Source: an uncultured Gammaproteobacteria bacterium (GTDB taxonomy: Bacteria; Patescibacteriota; Microgenomatia; Levybacterales; UBA12049). From it: a stretch of 64,000 nt of DNA. Under the pieces are notes generated by a model. That model worked only from the letters and a program-made list of their open reading frames with translations, ran no database searches and had not been told where the DNA came from. Both the position numbers and the translations under genes were made by a program. The DNA is taken from the NCBI GenBank assembly GCA_964490105.1, contig CAZAZU010000001.1, positions 155,440-219,439 on the forward strand, given 5' to 3'. Each line of letters starts with the position of its first letter. Position 1 is the stretch's first letter. Below are positions 56,400 to 64,000 of the stretch, piece by piece.

Positions 56400-56922
56400 T
56401 TCCTTCTCTCCAGCTATCTGTATTTCCATCGTCAAGTTTTATATCAGTTCCTTCCAGGTCAACTCCCATTAGTGTTCCAAGTTCTTCTTTATTCATGATT
56501 CTTACCCTTCCTTTCAAGTGTACGCTAACAGTCTCCCCTAGTCCGAGCTCTGTTCCGGTGGTGTCTTTAGGGAGTTTAAAATTATCTCTTCCTACAACAA
56601 TTAGTCTTTTTCCTCCGCTCGAGAGAAATCCTCCGCTCGATCCTACTGTGAATACTCTTTTAGTTACCCAGTCAACAACTCTTGATTCTACTTCAACCTC
56701 TAAGCCATCATAGACTAGCGGATCAGTTACTATATCATTTACTGAAATGATTTCTTTTTTAACCTCGACACCTGGAGTTAGTTTGGCTGTAGTATTCGTA
56801 GTGTTTCTTGTATTTCGATTTGTATTAGTATTTGGGGTGATTCTACTTAAAATGAAAAGTACAACAAAGACTACAATGAACAAGATTACTCCTATCGTAA
56901 TAATTATTTCTCTTTTTCCCAT
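56365..56922 (-). CDS. membrane-anchored hypothetical protein (Asn/Thr-rich linker)
   Basis: N-terminal TM, NTNTNRNTRNTTNTT low-complexity stretch. Confidence 0.4.
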   Translation of the reverse strand: MGKREIIITIGVILFIVVFVVLFILSRITPNTNTNRNTRNTTNTTAKLTPGVEVKKEIISVNDIVTDPLVYDGLEVEVESRVVDWVTKRVFTVGSSGGFLSSGGKRLIVVGRDNFKLPKDTTGTELGLGETVSVHLKGRVRIMNKEELGTLMGVDLEGTDIKLDDGNTDSWREGSVLILQSVEKN

Positions 56923-57001
56923 TTTAAAATTAGAACCTATTCATATAATAATATAACAACCAAAGTTGAGCAAGCGGGTGAATTACAGGAGAGACTGTAG
57001 T

Positions 57002-58171
57002 TTAAATCCTCCTTTTTATAAAAGAAGTTATCTTCTTAACCTTTTCAGTTTTGCTTTTTGCGTTTTCTGGGATTTCAAATTCATCGTGAATTTCCCCAAC
57101 TAAACTTTCAACAAGATCTTCTAGGGTAACAATTCCACTAGTTTTATTATTTTCGTCTTTGACTATTGCCATATGAACTCTTTTTTCCCGTAATAAAATC
57201 ATTGCATCATCAATTTTTTTATTCTCCGAAATTTTTGGAACTTCTCTTATTATTCCCATTTTTGATAATTTTCTTTCTCTGTTTTTAAATAAAAAATTTA
57301 AATACACTTCCCTAAAGCTCTCAAATTTATTTTGAGAAAATAGATTTTTATAAACGTCTTTTACGTGTATAAATCCTAAAATATGATCAATATTGTCTTG
57401 ATATATGGGAAATCTGCTGTGAGGATTTTTTTGAAAAATTTTAATCATGTGTTTTAGCGATGTATCTTTTTCAAAAGCTATGACTTTGCTTCTTGGAATC
57501 ATAACTTTTCTAACCGGAGTATCTCCCAACTTTAGGACGCTATAAACCATTTCAGCCTCCTTTTTTTCAATCGCTCCCTCTTCTGCGCTTTGGGCTAAAA
57601 TCATTTTTATTTCTTCTTCTGAGTGGACTAATTGGTGACCAGTTGGCGCTTTAAATCCAATAGCCTTTAAAACTAAAATTCCAGCGCCGTTTAATACATA
57701 AATAAATGGTTTGAAAATTGTAGTGAAAAGAAGAAGCGGTCTTATAATCCAAAGAGAAGTTTTTTCTGCTTTTTGTAAAGCAATTGACTTGGGTGCAAGC
57801 TCACCTAAAACAATGTGGAGAAAAGTAATAATTGAAAAAGCAATTGAAAAAGCTAGACCATGGCTAGAGATAACTGCTAAATTAGCTGGTAAATATTCAT
57901 CAAGAAATGGTTCAAAAAAATGTGCTAAGAATGGTTCCCCTACCCACCCCAGAGCAAGGCTCGCAAGGGTAATTCCTAATTGAGTTGCAGAAATATAGGT
58001 ATCTAAATGATTTAGTGCATTTTGGACAAGTTTTGCTGATTTATTATCCTTTTTAGCAAGTTCTTCAATTCTGGTTTTCCTAACTCCAACTAATGCAAAT
58101 TCAGAAGCGACAAAGAATCCGTTAAGCAAAACGAGAAAAATTATGAGGGCTAACTGAGGAATGATCTCCAT
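57002..58171 (-). CDS. CNNM/HlyC-CorC family transporter (DUF21 + CBS pair)
   Basis: N-term DUF21 TM domain (GFFVASEFALV), tandem CBS domains. Confidence 0.8.
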   Translation of the reverse strand: MEIIPQLALIIFLVLLNGFFVASEFALVGVRKTRIEELAKKDNKSAKLVQNALNHLDTYISATQLGITLASLALGWVGEPFLAHFFEPFLDEYLPANLAVISSHGLAFSIAFSIITFLHIVLGELAPKSIALQKAEKTSLWIIRPLLLFTTIFKPFIYVLNGAGILVLKAIGFKAPTGHQLVHSEEEIKMILAQSAEEGAIEKKEAEMVYSVLKLGDTPVRKVMIPRSKVIAFEKDTSLKHMIKIFQKNPHSRFPIYQDNIDHILGFIHVKDVYKNLFSQNKFESFREVYLNFLFKNRERKLSKMGIIREVPKISENKKIDDAMILLREKRVHMAIVKDENNKTSGIVTLEDLVESLVGEIHDEFEIPENAKSKTEKVKKITSFIKRRI

Positions 58172-58270
58172 TAAAAAAAGAGTATAGCATACTCATGCCA
58201 GTATTAATTATTTCTACTATCTACTGCGGTAATCCTCTTTTAGTACGCTTATAATTACGGTAATTATAAA

Positions 58271-58747
58271 TTAGAAGGTTCTGCCTTGGAATTCGACATT
58301 GCATAAAATATCTTCTATTTCCGGAAGATTTGCTCCAACTGATATTTTAGTAACTTCAATTCCGCAAAATCTTAATCCACGCACTAACGCTAAGCTTGGA
58401 AAATCATCCACGGGAACGTCTCGTTTTTCGCCGGGATTAAGTCCGTAAGTATATCTTTCGACTAATGCTTTGTAGGTCGCCTCATGGATTATTGCTCCAT
58501 GTACTGCTTGATCGGGGCCCACATGGTCTACGAAGGATCTTAGAAGAGCCTGACCTATTCCCAATCCCTTTGCTCCGTCATCTACCATTACATTTTCTAT
58601 ATTCCATCCACCGGTATCGTAGTTACGTACATATTGCAGATAACCTACTCTTTCGTTATTTACGAAAGCTTTTAGACTGCTGGAATGTTTATATGGATCC
58701 TCATATTTATGAATTACTTGAGGAATCGGTCTTTCGGAAATTGCCAT
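58271..58747 (-). CDS. GNAT-like acetyltransferase fold protein (GC-shifted)
   Basis: GAKGLGIGQALL resembles GNAT motif A. Confidence 0.4.
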   Translation of the reverse strand: MAISERPIPQVIHKYEDPYKHSSSLKAFVNNERVGYLQYVRNYDTGGWNIENVMVDDGAKGLGIGQALLRSFVDHVGPDQAVHGAIIHEATYKALVERYTYGLNPGEKRDVPVDDFPSLALVRGLRFCGIEVTKISVGANLPEIEDILCNVEFQGRTF

Positions 58748-58909
58748 GTGGGTATTCTACATAAAATTTGCTCCCAAATCAAACTATAGGTCTTAAAATA
58801 TTTAGCCTTGTAAGGTCTTGCCCCACGAGGTCAGTTGCGACAATTACCCCATGCTGATTGAGTGTTTTGCTTGAATTAATCGATTATTTACTGATATAAT
58901 CCGAAGCTT

Positions 58910-59323
58910 ATGAGTGAAATAAAGATGTCTAGAAGAATGGGAGCCGTAGGAGTTGTAGGAATGACAGCAGTCCTTGTTGCAGGTTGCGGAAATGAAGCGC
59001 CAAAACCTACCCAAGCTGTGGACGCGACATTAAAACCGACGGAACTATATGATCATAGGGTTGCAGTTCAGAGAGAGGAAAATCTAATTGTTTGTTTTAC
59101 AGATGAAGAGCCAATTAGAGATGGAGTTAAATGGGCTTTTGTAGCAGATGTGGCATATTGTCCAGATACTGAAGCAAACTTAATTTTTCTTGGACAGAAA
59201 GGTCCAGTGATATCTCCATTCAGGCTAGATATTAAAAGAGGACAGGATTATTTTGAACATGCAGACCAGGAAGCTCTTAGAGAAAAAGGCAAAGACATTC
59301 CTCCGCCTTTTATGGGTCAGTGA
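58910..59323 (+). CDS. lipoprotein, hypothetical (GC-shifted)
   Basis: lipobox LVAGC after hydrophobic signal; probable start at Met6. Confidence 0.5.
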   Translation: MSEIKMSRRMGAVGVVGMTAVLVAGCGNEAPKPTQAVDATLKPTELYDHRVAVQREENLIVCFTDEEPIRDGVKWAFVADVAYCPDTEANLIFLGQKGPVISPFRLDIKRGQDYFEHADQEALREKGKDIPPPFMGQ

Positions 59324-60505
59324 TTATTTCCTAACAAATAAGATGGCATTTGGAATTGCTCTTCCCGGACCTACTCGATAACCCCCGCTCCATAGAGCTG
59401 TTGAGCCGCCGCTATCAAGGTTCAGTGCATTTTGAATTCCCATTGTATGCAAAACTCTTGCCATTTGTGCAGCATTTACTCCGTGAACGACTCCGATATA
59501 AACGGTTGAACCAGTGCTACCAACAAAACTTCTGCTTCCTGCTCCTGCTCTTTTAACTTCATCATCTCCTCCGAAAACCACATTTCCGCCTGAGACTAAT
59601 AATGGTTGGTTTGCAATAACTCCGTCTACTCCCGTATCTCTTCCCCACCCGGAACTTGCCCCGATAAATCTAGCAGAATTTCCAGAAAAAATTACCACTG
59701 GAACATTAGAGTAAACATTATTATCTGAGTTAAAATATTTTTTATTTTTATTCATAAGAAGTGTGTCGAATGAATTTGTTTTTCCTGCGCAAGATGGGTA
59801 ACTTGCCGGACAAAAATAGGAGCCGTTAATTCCAGCAAATGCGCCACTTCTTGCAACATAATCTCCCAGAGATAGCACCGGGCAATTATCTCTGCAGTCT
59901 CCATCTGAGGCAGTATCTACAATTACTCGAGTTGAGTTCATGTCTGCCGCGACGATATCAACTATAAATTCACCAAAATCAGTCTTTACTTTCTGTCTGC
60001 TAAAGCCAGAGCCTGGAGCTGTATTATTAATTGCCACATTTGCCGTATTTCCTACTGCGCTTGATGCTACTGTTTTAGGAGCGTCTTGATCTATTTTAGC
60101 GTTAAGCTTCGTAAACTGGGCTCCAGCTGAAGCATAATCCCTTTTTGATAGTAAGTTTAAGTTTTCCGCAAAAGTTTTTTCATACTCAGCTACATTTCTT
60201 TTAGCATCCCTGGCATCAATTATTTTTTCATATAGAGTTACTGCTTGAGAATACGTTTTTTCAATGCTCTGAATCGTCGACTCAAGTTCTTTATTTTTCT
60301 TAAATTGATCCTCGGATTTTAATTTGGTAAGTTCTGCCTGAACCCTTTCGTTAGTAGCTTTAAGTTCTTTATTTAAGTCTGTTGATTGTTTGTAGAATGT
60401 AAAAAAGCCAATTGCTCCCAGAATTAAAACACCGCTTAATATTGGAATGATTTTCCGAGCGGTCAAACCTAACTTTGCAAAGCTTGATTTAAATTTGTTA
60501 ATCAC
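59324..60505 (-). CDS. membrane-anchored phosphodiester glycosidase-family (NAGPA/DUF2233-like) protein
   Basis: TM + coiled coil, C-terminal GSRSFVG ... NALNLDSGGST. Confidence 0.5.
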   Translation of the reverse strand: MINKFKSSFAKLGLTARKIIPILSGVLILGAIGFFTFYKQSTDLNKELKATNERVQAELTKLKSEDQFKKNKELESTIQSIEKTYSQAVTLYEKIIDARDAKRNVAEYEKTFAENLNLLSKRDYASAGAQFTKLNAKIDQDAPKTVASSAVGNTANVAINNTAPGSGFSRQKVKTDFGEFIVDIVAADMNSTRVIVDTASDGDCRDNCPVLSLGDYVARSGAFAGINGSYFCPASYPSCAGKTNSFDTLLMNKNKKYFNSDNNVYSNVPVVIFSGNSARFIGASSGWGRDTGVDGVIANQPLLVSGGNVVFGGDDEVKRAGAGSRSFVGSTGSTVYIGVVHGVNAAQMARVLHTMGIQNALNLDSGGSTALWSGGYRVGPGRAIPNAILFVRK

Positions 60506-60840
60506 TTTTTTGAAGATTTCTTGTGAGATTCCTCTATATCCTTGTGAAGTTCTTTTTTAAGATCATCCGCAGTTTTTTTAATCTTATCTTCAATATGATC
60601 TACCCTATCAATGAGAAGTTTCCAGATTTTATCGTGATCATCATTCGCAAGAAGCACTAAAAATTCCTGTTTATCTTTATCTGAAAGTTCGGACAAAACA
60701 GAATCTAAAATTGCGTGATGCAAATTTTCCTGTGCGAGATCTATTAAATGTTTTCTCTCAGCCTGCGTTAGCTCCATTTCAGCCAAAGCAAGACTGATTG
60801 AGGAGGTTTCTATGACATGAGTGTAAAAATGTTTTTTCAT
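60502..60840 (-). CDS. coiled-coil hypothetical protein
   Basis: 112 aa charged helical repeats. Confidence 0.35.
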   Translation of the reverse strand: MKKHFYTHVIETSSISLALAEMELTQAERKHLIDLAQENLHHAILDSVLSELSDKDKQEFLVLLANDDHDKIWKLLIDRVDHIEDKIKKTADDLKKELHKDIEESHKKSSKK

Positions 60841-60844
60841 ATTA

Positions 60845-61720
60845 TTATTGTAAAGCCTTAACTGGTCCTAATGGAATAGCGTTATTAGGATCTTCTACGA
60901 AAAAATATAGAACCGGCCCTTTTGCAGCTCCATCAACGCGTTCCAGATGCTTCATGACCTCAGGGCTTCCTCCAAGATGTTTTCCTGTCCACTCAGCTGG
61001 TCCGGCATCTCCTATTACGGCGACTACTGCTTTTCCATTCTCAGGATTTACTACAAGCATTTTCCTGTATTTAAAAAAATCTCTATATTCCGCAACCCTA
61101 TTATTAAAATCTGGAGCCAGGAAAGTTTGGACTGCTATGTAGTATTTCTCACGCATTACGTCTTCTTCTGTCATTTGGGATTTAGATGTCGTGAAGTATC
61201 CCCAAGCCCCAAGTCCAGGTGCCATTCCAGATGAATGATATTTTTCAGCGTCTTCCTGATTCCCATCAAAATGTGTCGCCATATTGTCCCCAGGATATCT
61301 TGCTAGATGCTGTTCTGAACCGATAAGTCCGTAGCTTCTGTTAAGTCTTAAACCGTTAATTTCCGGAGCTACAGTCATCCCGAAGTTTTTAGAGAGAATC
61401 GCACTTACAGTCGCTTCCTCGCTTCCGGTAAGAGGTCTAACTAAATCTGGGAGAGCCTTAGAAAGATCAGTAATTAGAAATACATCAGTATTAATTTTTT
61501 GAGCTTCCTGAGTCGCTACTTTTACTTTGGAATTCATGGAGTCTTTTTGAATCGGAGACGTAAGAAGAACCAGGCTTCCTAAGGAGCCAACGGCTAGTTG
61601 TTTTGTGTTATCTGAAAGCCATTTAAATGAATCAGAATGTTTTTGGGCTATAGTTTCCTGGAGTTCTTTATGTCTTTTGGTCCACTTATCTTTAAGGAAT
61701 TGATAATTAGGAGACTGCAT
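60845..61720 (-). CDS. hypothetical protein
   Basis: start set to Met37 (MQSPNYQF) of ORF-track frame; no recognised motif. Confidence 0.4.
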   Translation of the reverse strand: MQSPNYQFLKDKWTKRHKELQETIAQKHSDSFKWLSDNTKQLAVGSLGSLVLLTSPIQKDSMNSKVKVATQEAQKINTDVFLITDLSKALPDLVRPLTGSEEATVSAILSKNFGMTVAPEINGLRLNRSYGLIGSEQHLARYPGDNMATHFDGNQEDAEKYHSSGMAPGLGAWGYFTTSKSQMTEEDVMREKYYIAVQTFLAPDFNNRVAEYRDFFKYRKMLVVNPENGKAVVAVIGDAGPAEWTGKHLGGSPEVMKHLERVDGAAKGPVLYFFVEDPNNAIPLGPVKALQ

Positions 61721-61727
61721 ATAAAAA

Positions 61728-61772
61728 TTGTAACAAAAAATAGTTGTTACAAGCAATTTTTTGGTGTTACAA
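61728..61772. promoter_or_regulatory. operator-like palindrome TTGTAACAA-N7-TTGTTACAA plus third half-site TGTTACAA
   Basis: perfect 9-bp inverted repeat in divergent intergenic region. Confidence 0.5.
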
Positions 61773-61779
61773 TAGCCAT

Positions 61780-61935
61780 ATGGCAAAAATATCTGAGGAA
61801 ATGCGAGAAAAAATGTTTGAAGTCGCACTATTTTTAGTTGGGCTAATTGGTCTTTTAATCCTTTTTACAGTACTTTATCAGGGGCCAAGATTTATTTTTA
61901 ATAAAGTTCTTGAATACTTCGGAATCTCTGTTTAG
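61780..61935 (+). CDS. small membrane peptide (51 aa), hypothetical
   Basis: ATG inside ORF-track TTG-initiated frame; single TM. Confidence 0.3.
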   Translation: MAKISEEMREKMFEVALFLVGLIGLLILFTVLYQGPRFIFNKVLEYFGISV

Positions 61936-62034
61936 TTTTGAATAAAATTATAACCTCACCCTTTCCGACTATATATATTCTACTAGCCGCCAAAAAGAGT
62001 GAGGTTAATAAATACTTTTCAGTAGTCGATTGGT

Positions 62035-62274
62035 TTACTTTTTCGACATTTTCATCCACCAATCGTAGAATAACCAAACACCAGCTACTCCTACTAATAC
62101 GTATACTAGCCATTCGACTTGTGGCCAAGCACCAAGAACCATATTAACTATGTTCCAGTTAGCGCCCATAAATCCACCGAGTCCAACGAGACCCCAGTTA
62201 ACAGCTCCAACTACCACTAAGAGTGTTGCAACTAATTCAACCCATTTCATTGTATCTTTGCTCATGTAATTCAC
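62035..62274 (-). CDS. DUF378-family small membrane protein
   Basis: GAVNWGLVGLGGF block characteristic of DUF378. Confidence 0.6.
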   Translation of the reverse strand: MNYMSKDTMKWVELVATLLVVVGAVNWGLVGLGGFMGANWNIVNMVLGAWPQVEWLVYVLVGVAGVWLFYDWWMKMSKK

Positions 62275-62500
62275 CTCCCCTCTATAATTTGTCTTTACAT
62301 ATTTAGTTAGACATATACTAAAAATTCTGTCAAGTGCTACTAAGATTGAGGGCGTTTGAATATTTATGTTCTAGTTTTGTTCTATTGTTTTGCGTAAATA
62401 ATTTCAGTATATTTATAATTATGTTTGACTTTCTGTCCAGGTTAAATCCCCTCCGAGCGTTTAAAAAAGTTCTTAAAATGTACGCCTTCTGGATACTATT

Positions 62501-63757
62501 ATGAAAGAAAAAGTAATTCTTCATATAGATTTCGATTCTTTTTTTGCTTCGTGTGAACAGCAGTTTGACCCCGCTCTCCGAGGAAAGCCAATAGGAGTAA
62601 CAGCCACCAATGGCAGAACTTGCATTATTGCAGCGAGTAGGGAGGCAAAAAAGTTTGGAGTTAAAAATGTAACTAGAGTTTGGGAGGCGCAAAAGCTGTG
62701 TCCTCAGATTTTTACAGTTCCGGCACATTTTCAGAAATATTGGGAAATCACTCAAATATTTTTAAATATCTGTAAAGATTACTCGCCATATGTCGAGCTT
62801 TTCTCACTTGATGAGGTGTTTATAGACATTACTTCGACAGAGCATCTATTTGGAGACAGATACAAAATAATTGAGGTTATTAAAAAGAGAATAAATGAAG
62901 AGATTGGAGAATACATAACTGTTTCAGTGGGACTTTCCTATAATAAGCTTCTTGCGAAGCTTGGTTCTGGTATGAACAAGCCGAACGGGTTTACGCAAAT
63001 TCTTCCAGAAGATGTAGAAAGCGTATATTCAAAAGTAGAATTGACTGATTTTTGCGGAATTGGCGAGAGAACCGCCATAAGACTTAGAAAAATAGGAATT
63101 AATACTCCCCTTCAGCTTCGCGCAGCATCTTTAGACTCGTTAATAGAAGAGTTTAAAGATGTTGAAGGACATTTTCTTAAAAACTTAGGGCAAGGTGTGG
63201 ACGTTTCTGAAGTGGTCCCTTACTATCTGCCTCAGGAAACAAAATCAGTCGGAAGAAATTACTGTATGCCAAAAAATGAATATGATCAGAGGGTAATTCT
63301 TCAAAATGTTTTTGAATTATCTGAAGAGATTGGAATTAAGTTAAGAAGACTTAGCAAAAAAGCTAGAACAATCGGTCTTTATTTAGGTGGAACTCAGACT
63401 TATCATGGGAGAAGAACCTTAAGCTATCATATAGATAAAGGGTCTGATATTTTTGGTCTTTGCAAAAACTTATATGATTCTTGGGGGTTAGGGAAAATGA
63501 ATAGAGAAGACGCCATGGTTAGGCAGATTTCTGTATGGGCAGGAAATCTTGAGGATTCAGTCAATCTCACTCTTTCTCTGTTTGACACAAAAGTTAAAAC
63601 TTCTAAAATTCAATCAACCATTGATTCTTTAAATGAACGTTTTGGAGACCACACTATTAGGAACGGATTTTTAACTGATGGTCCTAAGTTAAAAACAGTA
63701 CCAAATGGATTTATGGCAGATAAATTTGAGAGACAGAAATTAGTAGGAACAGTTTAG
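62501..63757 (+). CDS. dinB: DNA polymerase IV (Y-family)
   Basis: ILHIDFDSFFASCEQ catalytic Asp motif, SLDE, little-finger domain. Confidence 0.9.
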   Translation: MKEKVILHIDFDSFFASCEQQFDPALRGKPIGVTATNGRTCIIAASREAKKFGVKNVTRVWEAQKLCPQIFTVPAHFQKYWEITQIFLNICKDYSPYVELFSLDEVFIDITSTEHLFGDRYKIIEVIKKRINEEIGEYITVSVGLSYNKLLAKLGSGMNKPNGFTQILPEDVESVYSKVELTDFCGIGERTAIRLRKIGINTPLQLRAASLDSLIEEFKDVEGHFLKNLGQGVDVSEVVPYYLPQETKSVGRNYCMPKNEYDQRVILQNVFELSEEIGIKLRRLSKKARTIGLYLGGTQTYHGRRTLSYHIDKGSDIFGLCKNLYDSWGLGKMNREDAMVRQISVWAGNLEDSVNLTLSLFDTKVKTSKIQSTIDSLNERFGDHTIRNGFLTDGPKLKTVPNGFMADKFERQKLVGTV

Positions 63758-64000
63758 ATCATGCAGACTCTTTTGGCTTCGTCTAGAATTTCGTCTCTTT
63801 TGTTAAGAGGAATCGAAATTTGATTTATGATTTCAGGATTCTCACAAATACTTTTTACTAAAACTATATTTTTTGCGAGCAATTCCTGTTTTTGCGGCAT
63901 ACTTAAGAAAGATAATGAAGTAATAGGATAAAGCTTGTACTTTTCTACTTTTTCCCTAAGGCTCTCCCCTTCCGGATGTTCCCAGCTAAGAATTTTTACA

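Noticed and set aside
62330-62755. 141-aa minus-strand ORF
   Set aside because: Overlaps the dinB 5' region antisense. Its Cys/Asn-rich odd composition points to a spurious ORF.
1-64000. Searched for integrase, transposase, recombinase, reverse transcriptase and CRISPR/cas signatures to explain the islands
   Set aside because: None recognised in any frame of this window. Island mobility therefore remains inferential.

Overview
This 64-kb window is AT-rich (roughly one-third GC by eye) and comes from a bacterial chromosome with dense housekeeping content. The conserved thrS-infC-rpmI-rplT(-greA)-pheS-pheT block, tyrS, a class A PBP, tig, obg, typA, a DEAD-box helicase, pyrB-carA-carB, alr, nadD-nadE and dinB are all present, together with 13 tRNA genes. 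Several core proteins are reduced (PheT lacks its OB domain; Obg, Tig and ThrRS are short), which is consistent with a CPR/Patescibacteria-like, streamlined genome. This lineage assignment is an inference.

The envelope biology is Gram-positive-like: two sortases, a LAxTG surface protein, LysM/SLT/Rpf and glucosaminidase-like hydrolases, a LytR_C protein, a DD-carboxypeptidase and a glycosyltransferase cassette.

The main hunt result is a set of GC-shifted orphan loci scattered through the window. Two of them are paralogous three-gene cassettes that share a nearly identical terminator and intergenic element; one replaces the 3' end of greA and the other abuts tRNA-Val. Other GC-shifted single genes abut tRNA-Gln, tRNA-Pro and a tRNA-His fragment.

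A second notable locus is a small GIY-YIG nuclease gene nested between a tRNA-His gene and a duplicated 5' tRNA-His fragment that carries a palindromic micro-insertion. A third is a glycosyltransferase cassette flanked by 35-bp direct repeats.

No CRISPR array, integrase or transposase was seen. tRNA and other hand-counted coordinates may be off by 1-2 nt.
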